A stretch of DNA of 64,000 nucleotides from Bdellovibrionota bacterium (GTDB taxonomy: Bacteria; Bdellovibrionota_C; UBA2361; JAAYZI01). The first letter of the stretch is position 1. Each line of letters begins with the position of its first letter. Of this stretch, positions 1 through 9,953 are shown piece after piece. The notes below the pieces were generated by a model, which did not search any database, had not been told where the DNA came from, and worked only from the letters and a program-made list of their open reading frames with translations. Made by a program: the position numbers and the translations under genes. The stretch lies in NCBI GenBank assembly GCA_050950765.1, contig JBMNIF010000001.1:32001-96000 (forward strand), read 5' to 3'.

Positions 1-1149
1 GCACTTTCGATAACTACAAAACTAACACCGCATGAACTTTTAAAAGGTGTTAAGGAGATTGAGTCTGAATTAGGTAGAGCTTTTAAAGTGGGGCAACGGT
101 GGGCACCACGTCCGATAGATATCGATCTCTTACAGTGGGATGATCTGCAGATAAATACGCCTGAATTAACGATTCCGCATATAGGTTTGTTAGAACGTCC
201 CTTTGCGTTGTTACCGCTAGCAGATCTTTATGAGGGTGCAGGTGCTGTGACACCTCTCGGGAAAGAGCAGATTGAAAGGTGGAGAGGTGCTAAAGATGTG
301 CCGTTTTCAACTGTGCGCAGAGGTTATCTTTATCCGTCGTGGGTTGGTATCTTAAATCTTACCCCTGATTCTTTTTCTGATGGTGGAGTGTGGCAAGATA
401 GTGCTCTTGAACACGCTGAAGATCTTATTGCAGCGGGGGCTGATGTAATTGACATCGGTGCTGAATCAACTAGACCTAAGGCGAAGTTGATAACACCTGC
501 TGAGGAGTGGAAGCGTTTAGAAAAGATCTTGCCCTTGCTGAATGAAAAGATACATAAAAAGGGCGCTATTGTTAGTATTGATACTTATCATCCAGAGACA
601 GCAGAGCGGGCGATAGCGCTTGGTGTAGATTGGATCAATGATGTTTCAGGACTTGTATCTGAAAAGATGTTGCAAGTTATTGCAGCAAGTGCTGACGTTA
701 AGTATGTTTTGATGCACGCTCTTTCTGTGCCGCCCAGCTCGGATATAGTGCTAGCTGATGATGTAGATCTCTTCTCTGAAATATCTACTTTTTTTGAGGG
801 AAAAATTGAAGCGCTGGAGAGGTGTGGCGTTTCGCGGGAGCGAGTTATCCTTGATCCAGGTTTGGGGTTTGGGAAAAGTGTTGCTCAAAATATGGATCTC
901 GTCAGGCACGCTGAAAGATTACATCAATCTGGGCTTGGATTGCCGCTTTTATATGGGCATTCAAGAAAACTATTTATTAAAGATGGTTTAAAATGTGCTA
1001 CGAGAAATGAACTCGATATAGAGACTGCGGCGATCTCCTGTGAATTAGCTTTAAAAGGGATCGATTATATAAGGGTGCACGATGTGGCGTTAAATGCAGA
1101 AACGCTCCATCACTTCAGTGCTTGCAATAAAATTTGTCGTTATACCTAA
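1..1149 (+). CDS. folKP: Bifunctional HPPK/dihydropteroate synthase (FolK-FolP), 5' end outside window
   Basis: Frame is open from base 1. HPPK motifs WAPRPIDIDLL and LTIPH..ERPF; DHPS motifs GILNLTPDSFSDGG, DIGAESTRP, DPGLGFGK, GHSRK, RVHDV. Confidence 0.93.
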   Translation, partial: ALSITTKLTPHELLKGVKEIESELGRAFKVGQRWAPRPIDIDLLQWDDLQINTPELTIPHIGLLERPFALLPLADLYEGAGAVTPLGKEQIERWRGAKDVPFSTVRRGYLYPSWVGILNLTPDSFSDGGVWQDSALEHAEDLIAAGADVIDIGAESTRPKAKLITPAEEWKRLEKILPLLNEKIHKKGAIVSIDTYHPETAERAIALGVDWINDVSGLVSEKMLQVIAASADVKYVLMHALSVPPSSDIVLADDVDLFSEISTFFEGKIEALERCGVSRERVILDPGLGFGKSVAQNMDLVRHAERLHQSGLGLPLLYGHSRKLFIKDGLKCATRNELDIETAAISCELALKGIDYIRVHDVALNAETLHHFSACNKICRYT

Positions 1150-1162
1150 ATTTTAAGCACAC

Positions 1163-1350
1163 TTTTTAAAAGCTTTTAGCTGAAGGTGGTGTCGTAGATA
1201 TTTCTAAGAGCGCTTTTAAAAAACTTCTTCTTCTACACAGTGAAGAGAGATTATAATTTTGATTTTTTAGCGCAGACAGTTTTTTAAAAGCTTTTAGCTG
1301 GAGGTGGTGTCGTAGATATTTCTAAGAACGCTTTTAAAAAACTTCTTCTT
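1163..1350. repeat. Two ~70-bp direct repeats (1163-1232, 1281-1350)
   Basis: TTTTTAAAAGCTTTTAGCTGRAGGTGGTGTCGTAGATATTTCTAAGARCGCTTTTAAAAAACTTCTTCTT occurs twice. Confidence 0.9.
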
Positions 1351-1464
1351 ATATTTCAAAGCCAAAAACTTCAAAAAGTTCGGAAGTTAAGAATGGTGTG
1401 CTCTGTTTTAATATAGGTTTTGATATAGGTTTTTAATATGGAAGGAGAGGAGGTTCACTTTAAA

Positions 1465-1509
1465 TGGAGCCGACCTGTCTATTTTAACAATAGAACAAAG
1501 TCGGCTCCA
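1465..1509 (-). terminator. Long hairpin downstream of ORF 1555-2031
   Basis: TGGAGCCGAC...GTCGGCTCCA stem; only a short U run follows. Confidence 0.55.
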
Positions 1510-1554
1510 CGTAACGTCCTTTCCCGCTAGGTCCGTTACTGTGTACGAATAACC

Positions 1555-2031
1555 TTAATTACGCACCGTGTCGCGCAGGACATATCCTTTGTAGTGCCGC
1601 TCGAAATCGGGGTCTCCGATACTTGTAATGATCGTAGCTTCTACTGTCGGATCGTCAAAGAGCGCAGCAAGTTTGCGCGGTAACTCCATCAGAGGCTTCG
1701 CTTGGAAATGGCGATACTCCTCATTAGAGTTGTAATCTTTCCACTCTCCTACGATAGAGTGCAACTTTGCGTACGCCGATTTCAGATCTTCAAGTGAAGA
1801 GCTTTCGATCAATTTAACCGCTTCTTCGAACAATGAAGGCTCTTCTTTTCCTCTGCCGTATATAACTAACGCTATTGCCAGAGGATCTAGAGGCTCTTTG
1901 CCTTCATAGTTTTGATGGATCGTTTCGAGTTTATAGTCGCCTTTTAAACGATTTGTCAGAAGATTTTTGGTAGGAAAGGGCCCCATGGACCAAGTCTTCT
2001 TGCCCTGCGGTCCTTCTGTGTCTTTGCTCAT
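1555..2031 (-). CDS. Hypothetical protein, paralogue of 3113-3592
   Basis: 158-aa ORF with AGGAG RBS. Shared blocks LDPLAIAL/IDSLGLAL, WKDYN/WSAYN, LPRKLAALFDDP/MPHKLAAFYKDP. Confidence 0.8.
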   Translation of the reverse strand: MSKDTEGPQGKKTWSMGPFPTKNLLTNRLKGDYKLETIHQNYEGKEPLDPLAIALVIYGRGKEEPSLFEEAVKLIESSSLEDLKSAYAKLHSIVGEWKDYNSNEEYRHFQAKPLMELPRKLAALFDDPTVEATIITSIGDPDFERHYKGYVLRDTVRN

Positions 2032-2078
2032 ATCTGTTCTCCTATATGGCGAGGTGAAAATAAAAGCCGGAGAATACC

Positions 2079-2516
2079 TTAAGAGGTATTCTTCACATTA
2101 AGAGCCGCATTAAGACGGCGTCGAATGGTAACACCCTTTTGCAGCCAGCGGTAATGAGCAACTAGTGCTTGGTAGCACCTTGCCTGCTCTTCTTCCGATA
2201 ATTCTGCAAGAATTTGAGCCGCTTCGGCTCTTAATTTGCGTAATTGAGAGTTAGAGAACTCTTTTGTTATGCAAATAATAGCCATCGCCAGTAGCGAAGA
2301 GTCAATTTCAGACGGTAAGATACCGTCTTCTACATATCTCCTTACGCTTTCCGGCAGGGGATATTTTCTCCGTAGTCGAGCGTAATACTCTGCGGTTCTT
2401 AAATCGTCTTCTAAGCGATCGCCTCTTGTCTTTCTAGGGACGACAAGCCTCAACAGGATAATGTAAGACCCCCGTATAAGCAAATACCATACAGTGGGTT
2501 GCCTTTTTTTGCGCAT
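2079..2516 (-). CDS. Hypothetical basic protein
   Basis: 145-aa ORF with GAGG RBS, lying between the conserved leader and ORF 1555-2031. Confidence 0.6.
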   Translation of the reverse strand: MRKKRQPTVWYLLIRGSYIILLRLVVPRKTRGDRLEDDLRTAEYYARLRRKYPLPESVRRYVEDGILPSEIDSSLLAMAIICITKEFSNSQLRKLRAEAAQILAELSEEEQARCYQALVAHYRWLQKGVTIRRRLNAALNVKNTS

Positions 2517-2569
2517 ACTTAATTCCTCATTATATGCGATGTTAATAAAACGGATAATTGGAAAAAAAG

Positions 2570-2795
2570 CCTAAACGGCATTCTCTCCAAACTAAAACCT
2601 CATAATGATATCGTCCTCTCGGATGGTATCGCGAGGAGAACAGAGAAAAACCTTTATATTAAAGTGAACTTCCCCGTCCTGATCAGTTTTACTCATCAGG
2701 ACAGGTAAGTTATCTCTTCTTCTGATAAAAAATATTTTTAAAGATCGGTCTAATTGTATACAACGATTGTACACGATAACTTTTGTGTTAATCAA
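2570..2795 (-). promoter_or_regulatory. Conserved structured leader, copy A, with sigma70-like promoter
   Basis: Homologous to 3645-3862. Hairpin at 2667-2711; TTGATT-N18-TACAAT on the minus strand. Confidence 0.6.
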
Positions 2796-2970
2796 ATTGT
2801 GTATTTTAGTCCTTATAACCGTAGCTTTTACTGTCCGCAATCGCTTCAAGTAAAAACAGTAAAATATTACACTTATTTTGATTGTTTCCCTTAGAGGTGA
2901 TGATTTAAGCGCGATACTTTTTTGCGTCTTCTTTTTTTTGAAATGGATGGGAGGGAGGTTCGCTTTAAAT

Positions 2971-3010
2971 TAAGCGCCGATTCTGCTTTGGAAAACAGAG
3001 TCGGCGCTTA
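2971..3010 (-). terminator. Long hairpin downstream of ORF 3113-3592
   Basis: TAAGCGCCGA...TCGGCGCTTA stem. Confidence 0.55.
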
Positions 3011-3112
3011 TTAAACCGTATTACACCAAAAGCATTGCGCTAATAGTGTGCAACCTCAATCTCCCTAGCGAATCCCGCAAAGCCTGCAAAGGAATCTCCA
3101 AAGTCTCACTGT

Positions 3113-3592
3113 TCAAGGCGTCTTAGGCTTAGGGATATACCTATACCGTTCAACCCTTTCCGTAAAATATTGATCGTCGACACCATTGACGATCTCATTT
3201 ATCAGTTGCGGATCTTTGTAGAACGCGGCAAGTTTGTGTGGCATTAGCACCAGATTCTTCGAGTATGCATGATATGGGTTTTGCGGGTTATAAGCGCTCC
3301 AATTTGTGACACAACCCACAATTATAGCCACGCACGTCGACACCGCCTCTTCTTTCGAGTGACGTTCGAGCATACTACACGCTTGTTTGTGCAGTGGATC
3401 ATCGTGTTCTGCCATGACAAGCGCAGCTAACGCCAGTCCTAGAGAGTCGATTTTTTCCGGTCTAGAGTTGCGTTTGAGAAATCCCACAGCAGGATCCTCT
3501 GAGTTACCAGTGGGATAGTGTCCTATGGTTTTCCACGCCTGGTATCCGGTGTTGGCGTTCGTGGGCGTTTCGCCCGTTTTTCCCGTGTCCAT
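3113..3592 (-). CDS. Hypothetical protein, paralogue of 1555-2031
   Basis: 159-aa ORF. RBS context GCCATATAGGAGA is identical to that of the paralogue. Confidence 0.8.
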   Translation of the reverse strand: MDTGKTGETPTNANTGYQAWKTIGHYPTGNSEDPAVGFLKRNSRPEKIDSLGLALAALVMAEHDDPLHKQACSMLERHSKEEAVSTCVAIIVGCVTNWSAYNPQNPYHAYSKNLVLMPHKLAAFYKDPQLINEIVNGVDDQYFTERVERYRYIPKPKTP

Positions 3593-3644
3593 ATTATAGT
3601 CTCCTATATGGCATTGTGAAAATGAAGTAGAAACTAGAGAAAAA

Positions 3645-3862
3645 CCTAATAGGCATCCTCTAAACTAAAAACCTCACAAAAATATTGCGAGGGGGGATAG
3701 AGGACACTTTGATAAAAGAAACCCTTATATTTAAAGTGAACTTCCCTGTCCCGATCAGCTTTACTCATCAGGGCAGGTAAGTTATCTCTTCTTCCGATTA
3801 AGTAATATTTTTAAAGATCGATACCATTCTATTAATTGTATACTATTACTTTTGTTATTCAA
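3645..3862 (-). promoter_or_regulatory. Conserved structured leader, copy B, with sigma70-like promoter
   Basis: Homologous to 2570-2795. Hairpin at 3739-3783; TTGAAT-N16-TACAAT on the minus strand. Confidence 0.6.
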
Positions 3863-3944
3863 ATTAAAAACGGCGCTCACCTACTTTTTTACATAAAAAC
3901 GGAAAGGAGTTCCAAAAAAGAGCTTTTTATGAGATGCTTGGAGG

Positions 3945-5297
3945 ATGGAAAATATTAGAAATAAAAAGAATATTAGTATATTAGCCCTCTTTCTAGTCTC
4001 TATAAGTGTAGCTCTAGCTGCCTGCAATCTTTTTAAGCAAAAACAACGAAATGTTATAGTTATCTTAATTGATACCCTTAGAGCTGATCATTTGAGCATG
4101 AACGGCTACCAAAGAGAGACCTCTCCTGTAATTGATAATTTTGCTGCGGAAAATCTGAATTTTAAGTGGGCGCTAGCACCTGCACCGTGGACACCTGCTT
4201 CGGTTGCCTCTCTCTTTACGGGGCTTTACCCTTCAGCGCACGGGATGGTTCCACCTAATAGCCGCGATACTGCTATAAAACACTCGGTCAGGTTGCCATC
4301 TAAGTGGCAAACTATGGCGGAAACCTTTAAAAATAACGGTTATTATACAGCGGCGTTCTCTTCAAATCCGTGGATTCAAGAACTATTCGGTTTTACACAA
4401 GGCTTTGATCTCTTCGGCTATAAGGAGCGTGCAGAAGCTGCGGTATTGACGGCTAAGGCTAAAGAGATCGTTCAGAAATGGCGTGAGACAGAAAAAGAAA
4501 AACCACTTTTTATGTATCTGCACTATCTAGATCCGCACAATCCGTACTCTCCGCCTGCTCCTTATAATACTAAGTTTTCCGGCACCGTAGAGGGACGGGT
4601 ATATCCTAAAAAACAGCAGGAGTTTATCAATCAGTACGATGGAGAAATTCTCTATACAGATACTGAAATAGGAAAACTTTTCTCGTTTTTGAAGGAAGAG
4701 GGCATATACGATGATGCCGTTATTATACTGCTCTCAGATCACGGGGAACAATTTATGGAGCGAGGTCATCAGGGGCACGGTTTTGATCTCTATAATGAAG
4801 AGGTGCATGTGCCGCTAATCGTAAAAGCTAACGGTAAAAAGGGGACTGTCTCCGATTTTGTTAGTGCAATTGATATTTTTCCGACCATCATAGAGCTTCT
4901 TAAATTAAAAGATCCGCCTCCGTTTTTACAAGGCATCTCTCTTTTTAATTCAAAAGAGCTTTCAAAACGTGCAGGTGTTCTGTCTGAAATAAAACGTTTA
5001 AAAAATCAGAAAAGTCTAACCTTTAAAGATGGGAAAAAGGCTATCTTTGAATTTTCGATTGATGAGCCTTATCGAATGGATCTGCCACTACCGCACTCAA
5101 AGCAATTGATGTTTGATATATTTAATGATCCTATGGAAAGTTCTCCTTTATCAGATCCTACTTTAGCAGAAGAGAGAAAGGGGTCGTTCCTTGAAATTTA
5201 TAAAGGTGTGCTTTCCTCTAAAGCTGATGAGAAGGATAGTCAGATTAAGATGGATGATAAAACAATTAAAGAGCTTAAGACTTTGGGGTATATGTAA
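3945..5297 (+). CDS. Sulfatase-like hydrolase (alkaline phosphatase superfamily), probable lipoprotein
   Basis: IDTLRADH, WTPASVASLFTG, HYLDPHNPY, SDHGE, C-terminal LKTLGY; LAAC lipobox. Confidence 0.88.
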   Translation: MENIRNKKNISILALFLVSISVALAACNLFKQKQRNVIVILIDTLRADHLSMNGYQRETSPVIDNFAAENLNFKWALAPAPWTPASVASLFTGLYPSAHGMVPPNSRDTAIKHSVRLPSKWQTMAETFKNNGYYTAAFSSNPWIQELFGFTQGFDLFGYKERAEAAVLTAKAKEIVQKWRETEKEKPLFMYLHYLDPHNPYSPPAPYNTKFSGTVEGRVYPKKQQEFINQYDGEILYTDTEIGKLFSFLKEEGIYDDAVIILLSDHGEQFMERGHQGHGFDLYNEEVHVPLIVKANGKKGTVSDFVSAIDIFPTIIELLKLKDPPPFLQGISLFNSKELSKRAGVLSEIKRLKNQKSLTFKDGKKAIFEFSIDEPYRMDLPLPHSKQLMFDIFNDPMESSPLSDPTLAEERKGSFLEIYKGVLSSKADEKDSQIKMDDKTIKELKTLGYM

Positions 5298-5417
5298 AGG
5301 ACACATTGAAAGGGTGTCTTTATTTAATGTTAGAAGTATTCTTTAGTTACGGCGTGGGCGCAGCAAAAGGTATAGTATCAAAATCATAAAGAGAAGAATC
5401 GACTAAGATAAAAGATT

Positions 5418-6125
5418 ATGGATCAGATCCCTTTAAAGATAATTCCGCGTCTACCGTACTCGGCAGATGCTTTTATCGTACATCAAGGCGTGCGTGAGAT
5501 TTATGATTTCTGTTGTAGTCAGATGCTAACGGAGTCTTTTAGAATCTGCGTAGCGTATGGTGCAGCGCAGAGCGGAAAAACGCACCTATCTATTAAATTG
5601 GCTACCGATCTTGAACGTAAAGGAGCGCTCGTGCGCTTGGTTGATGGCGATTCATTACAGGACTTTTTAGTGAAACAGGGAGTTGGTGCGAAGTATCGTT
5701 CAGAAACTGTGATTATTGTTGATGATGCTGATAAATATCTGGCAACGTTAAGTTCTGATAGGTCAGGTGAGTTTGTAAATCTGGTCGAGGCGTTACGTCG
5801 TTCGCAGGCGGGGCTATTACTACTAACGGGGCAGCAGGTTTCTGATTTTGCAATAGATGATCATGTGCGTAGTCGTTTACGACCAGGTGAGGGATTTCTA
5901 CTCTCAAGCCCTGATGATGCACAGTTAAATGAATTGATTTTTACAATGGCAAAGCAGCGTGGGATAATCTTAACTCCGAAAAAGGTGGCATACCTTGCAA
6001 AACGTCTCGGACGTGAGGTGCCGAGTCTAGCAAAAGCCCTTAATGCGCTTCTTGTAAAAAGTAGAGAAGGTGCAGATGTTGATTCCTTTGAGGTTTTAGC
6101 TTCAATTTCATCCGCCGATTATTAA
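5418..6125 (+). CDS. hda: DnaA/Hda-family AAA+ protein
   Basis: N-terminal QIPL clamp-binding-like motif, GAAQSGKTHL, IIVDD, RSRL, LAKRLGR. Confidence 0.7.
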   Translation: MDQIPLKIIPRLPYSADAFIVHQGVREIYDFCCSQMLTESFRICVAYGAAQSGKTHLSIKLATDLERKGALVRLVDGDSLQDFLVKQGVGAKYRSETVIIVDDADKYLATLSSDRSGEFVNLVEALRRSQAGLLLLTGQQVSDFAIDDHVRSRLRPGEGFLLSSPDDAQLNELIFTMAKQRGIILTPKKVAYLAKRLGREVPSLAKALNALLVKSREGADVDSFEVLASISSADY

Positions 6126-6254
6126 ATTAAATTTTATCGTAAGAAGATCATTACTAATCTTTTAAGTACATTCCGAGAAAAAACACTTAGGGCATCTTCT
6201 TTATTATAAATATATAGCCGTATCGATTATAAGGGGAAACGAATAATCAATCTT

Positions 6255-7019
6255 CTAAAGGATATCAATTAAACACCTCTCCGCATAAAGAATAGTTGGA
6301 GATCCTAGTAGGTCTGTTAAGCCGATAATTCCAAAGAACCCTTCTAAACATCTTGAAAGTCGAGCACAACGAATCATGCGGTGAAACGCCATCGGCAGGA
6401 AGAACTGCTTTTTTTCTGCTATGACTTCGAAGTGAGTCGATTTGAGACAGTCCTGTATCTCTGATGGAGAAAAGCGCAGGAAAGTTCTGGTTCCCTCTCC
6501 CTCTACTGTTTTCTTCAGTGAAAAAAGGATCGGATAAAAGATGTTAAAACTTGATTTCGGCGGATAGTCAATGACGATAGATTGCTTGGAGACACGACAC
6601 ATCTCAAGTAGTAACTTCTGCCAATCTTGAATGTGTGAAATTAAACGGATCGCTACCACAGAATCGAAACTCTTATCTTCAAACGGTAGATCAAACATCG
6701 AAGAATCAAAGAGGTGTAAGGTATCGGGGTATTCTTTTTTTAATCCGTTAAGTCTGGTCAAGCTGATAGGATCAGTAGCATGAACCCAAACATCGCAACC
6801 AGCTTTAAGAAAAATGCGTGTTAACTGCGCATGCGCTCCACCGATCTCTAAGATGCGTTTCCCTTTAAGGTCTTTTAATAGAGAGAGGATGGTTTTTTCC
6901 TGTACGTCGAGAAAAAATTTTCCAGTCTCTCCAGAGAAACGGGCTGCGTAAGTGTCTGAGGCGGTAAATGTATCAGGCGCAGACGGATCAAAAAACGGTT
7001 CTTCTTTCTTTTTTGTCAT
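6255..7019 (-). CDS. Class I SAM-dependent methyltransferase
   Basis: ILEIGGAHA, LPFEDKSFDSVV, LLEMCRV. Confidence 0.85.
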   Translation of the reverse strand: MTKKKEEPFFDPSAPDTFTASDTYAARFSGETGKFFLDVQEKTILSLLKDLKGKRILEIGGAHAQLTRIFLKAGCDVWVHATDPISLTRLNGLKKEYPDTLHLFDSSMFDLPFEDKSFDSVVAIRLISHIQDWQKLLLEMCRVSKQSIVIDYPPKSSFNIFYPILFSLKKTVEGEGTRTFLRFSPSEIQDCLKSTHFEVIAEKKQFFLPMAFHRMIRCARLSRCLEGFFGIIGLTDLLGSPTILYAERCLIDIL

Positions 7020-7293
7020 GGGGCAGACCTTTTAAATACTTAAACTTAAAATAATACCTCAGACTCCTGCTAAAGGGATATGCCTTTAAACTTAAACAGC
7101 AAAGGATATGCTATGTTTAACTTTCATTCAAGCTTACGCCGCAAGTCTTGTTGTTTCTAAAAAATGGTTGTATCGTTTGCTCAATATGTAGCTAATGTGA
7201 TGTTAATTGTTTAATATAAACAATAAGTTACCAATCAGCACAAATTTCCTATGAGTAATCCTGAGTGCATAAAAATTTAAGAGGAAGGTCTAT

Positions 7294-8811
7294 ATGAAGC
7301 TATCTCGTTTTATATTTACGTGTGTTTTGGTGTCTTCTTTTGCCGGTTGTTCAATGGGGCCGGATTATCAAAGGAAAGAATTAAATTTACCAGAGGTTTA
7401 TAACTCTAAAACAGCGCAGGACGATGCTTCCATTGCAAATATTAAGTGGTGGGAGCTTTTTGAAGATAAAAAACTCGTTGAGTTGATTAATATCGCTCTG
7501 AAAGAGAATAAAGATGCAGAGATGGCGTTAGCTGCTATCTCAGAGGCGCGCGCGCTACTCGGTGTCACCAGAGCTAATCAGTTTCCGCAGCTCGGATATT
7601 CCGGCGGTTTTAATCGTTACGGATTAAGTGAAAAAACATTTTCATACATGGCGCCGTATAATGATTTTGGTGCTTTTACAAACCTGATCTTTGAAGTTGA
7701 TCTGTGGGGGAGGTTGCGTCGTGCTACGGAAGCTCAAAGAGCACAGCTCTTAGCAACGGAGTATAGCTATCAAGCGTTAACTATTACATTAGTTGCGGAA
7801 GTGGCAAAAACTTATATGTCGTTAGTTGATCTCGATAGCCGTGTAAAAATTGCGGAACGCACATTAAAGAATAGGCGTGATGCCACTAAGTTAATCCGTT
7901 CTCGTTTTCAAGGTGGTGTCGTACCTGAACTCGATGTCAATCAAGCTGAAATTGAGGAAGGTGATGCTGAAGTGATGTTAGCAGGGTTGAAGATGCAGAG
8001 AGGCCTCGTTCAGAATGCGTTAAGTGTATTACTCGGGCGCTTCCCATATCAGATAGATCGCAGCACTTCGTTAGATAAAAGTGTCTCAGTTGAAAACATC
8101 CCTTCTGGAGTACCGGCGGATCTCTTGTGGCGTCGTCCGGATATTTTAGCGTCTGAACAGGCGTTGCACGCACAAACCGCTTTAATCGGGGTTGCAAAAG
8201 CTAGCCGTTTGCCTGTAATCGGGCTTAACGGAATTATCGGTTTGCAGGCTAATAAGGGCGATAAATGGCTTAATAAAAATGCAAGGATGTGGAATATAGC
8301 GGCTAACTTTAGTGGCCCGTTATTTGATTTTGGGAAGAGTAGATCTCAAGTAGAAGCAGCAGAAGCACGTACAGAGCAGGCCTTGAAGAGCTTCGAACAA
8401 ACAGTCTTACTGGCGGTGCAAGAGGTTGATGATGCACTTGTTTCAATTGTTGGATATAAAGCCGAGTATGAAGCGTGGAAGAGACAACTTAAGGCGGCAC
8501 GTAATGCGTCACGTCTAGCACGTGCACGTTATAATGATGGTGTTACACCGTATCTGGAAGTTCTGGATGTTGAACGCTCTCTCTTTCAAGCTGAGTTGGG
8601 AGGGTCTTATGCAAGGAGATCTTATCTGAATGCTATCATTCAACTTTATAAAGCCCTAGGTGGTGGTTGGTCCGTAGAGCAAGAGGGTGTCGTTGAAAAA
8701 AACGATCAAGCAGAAAAAATTGTTCAAGGTGATCAAGGAGAGGGTAAAGAAGTTAAAGCCTCCTCCGTTGATAAAGAGCAAGGAGAGGCTAAAGAAGAAA
8801 CTAAAGAGTAA
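7294..8811 (+). CDS. Efflux outer-membrane lipoprotein (NodT/OprM family)
   Basis: Lipobox AGC-SMGPDY, WWELFED, FEVDLWGRLRR, RRPDILASE, LYKALGGGW. Confidence 0.93.
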   Translation: MKLSRFIFTCVLVSSFAGCSMGPDYQRKELNLPEVYNSKTAQDDASIANIKWWELFEDKKLVELINIALKENKDAEMALAAISEARALLGVTRANQFPQLGYSGGFNRYGLSEKTFSYMAPYNDFGAFTNLIFEVDLWGRLRRATEAQRAQLLATEYSYQALTITLVAEVAKTYMSLVDLDSRVKIAERTLKNRRDATKLIRSRFQGGVVPELDVNQAEIEEGDAEVMLAGLKMQRGLVQNALSVLLGRFPYQIDRSTSLDKSVSVENIPSGVPADLLWRRPDILASEQALHAQTALIGVAKASRLPVIGLNGIIGLQANKGDKWLNKNARMWNIAANFSGPLFDFGKSRSQVEAAEARTEQALKSFEQTVLLAVQEVDDALVSIVGYKAEYEAWKRQLKAARNASRLARARYNDGVTPYLEVLDVERSLFQAELGGSYARRSYLNAIIQLYKALGGGWSVEQEGVVEKNDQAEKIVQGDQGEGKEVKASSVDKEQGEAKEETKE

Positions 8812-8813
8812 TT

Positions 8814-9018
8814 AAACCCTTTACGAAAAGATTTACGAAAAGAGGTTTAAAGCGATAAGGGGAGAGGTGAGCACAATCGGACTGTGCATGTTTGGAAAAA
8901 TGGCTAAAACCTTTTTTACGAAAAGAGGTTTAAAGAAAGAAGGGGAGAGGTGAGCGCGGTTGAACTGTGCATGTTTGGAAAAATGGTTAAAACCCTTTTA
9001 CGAAAAGAGGTTTAAAGC
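8814..9018. repeat. Tandem repeat, ~82-83-bp unit, about 2.3 copies, with internal palindrome
   Basis: ACGAAAAGAGGTTTAAAG at 8835, 8918 and 9000; AAACCTTTTT-TACG-AAAAGAGGTTT hairpin; lies between convergent genes. Confidence 0.88.
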
Positions 9019-9953
9019 CCAAATATATCACGTGTGGCGTTGTAGTCAGGACGTGGTAGATGCCACATCCAATGGGATCCTTTTTGTCTAACTCGCACGA
9101 CATCAACGTAAAGTGTTTCAAGTGCGATATTCTTTTTTGTATTATCTTGTGGTGGTTTTAAAGCAGGGAAGGCGTGTCTAGCAGTGAGTTCAGCTGGATA
9201 ATCCTTACCCTCTCTTAAAGCATCAATCCACTGAAAAGCAGCGCGCCACTTTGTAGCTGTATAATTTAATTCGATCTGATCGGTGTTAAGTTTACTTAAG
9301 CCGCAGGCAGCGCCAACAGCAGCGTGAACTCCAAACCCAAGAGATTGTAAAAGCATGGCGGAGACCTGATAAGGTTCACAACCAAAAAGTTCAAGCATCC
9401 CCTCGCTCGAGATCTTAATTGATTGACGTTGTAGTGCTACATAATCTCTATAAGATTTAGGATCGTGTGCCATCAAGATCCCTAATCCCGCCATCTTCGA
9501 AAAGCCGACTAATGCGCCCCCTTCTGTTCCAAGCTCGTTGGAACGATTCCCGAAACAGTATCCGATGTGGATATCCGTCATCATATCTTCCAGTAATTTG
9601 CGCCACCCCGTTGGTGGTTTTGTAATAAGAATAGCTCTGACTGTGGCGTTGATGGCTAGAACCAATCCGCTGAAGCGGATCCCGAGTAGGTCGATAGCTT
9701 TTTCAAGAAGTGGCAATGGAGGTGTCTCGCCACTTGTTCTAAGCTCTGCTGCCGTCAGGAGACAGGAGGCGTTAAGACCGGAGAAAGCCACCAATCTGAT
9801 AAACTCGGTTATATCGATATTTCCGTTCCAAGCGCTACGAATAAGGTATAGTAGGCTGTTAGGCATCACCATCCTTTCTGCTACGATCTCTCGTGCCACA
9901 TCCCACGTTGGGTCTTTTTGAGCGCTATCTTTTAATAAAGACTGTAAATCCAT
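9012..9953 (-). CDS. Degenerate HDOD-like domain protein
   Basis: LEKAIDLLG and ELFGCEPYQVSAMLL resemble HDOD; the HD residues are absent. Confidence 0.55.
   Translation of the reverse strand: MDLQSLLKDSAQKDPTWDVAREIVAERMVMPNSLLYLIRSAWNGNIDITEFIRLVAFSGLNASCLLTAAELRTSGETPPLPLLEKAIDLLGIRFSGLVLAINATVRAILITKPPTGWRKLLEDMMTDIHIGYCFGNRSNELGTEGGALVGFSKMAGLGILMAHDPKSYRDYVALQRQSIKISSEGMLELFGCEPYQVSAMLLQSLGFGVHAAVGAACGLSKLNTDQIELNYTATKWRAAFQWIDALREGKDYPAELTARHAFPALKPPQDNTKKNIALETLYVDVVRVRQKGSHWMWHLPRPDYNATRDIFGL

Noticed and set aside
2667..2711. Hammerhead ribozyme (CUGAUGAG on the minus strand in both leaders)
   Set aside because: No GAAA follows a stem II, and the motif is buried in a simple hairpin.
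2592..2849. 85-aa ORF over the cassette leader
   Set aside because: TTG start with no RBS; the frame is not preserved in the second leader copy.
2954..2985. dif/Xer site (GGTTCGC...)
   Set aside because: No XerD arm (TTATGTTAAAT-like) at the required spacing.
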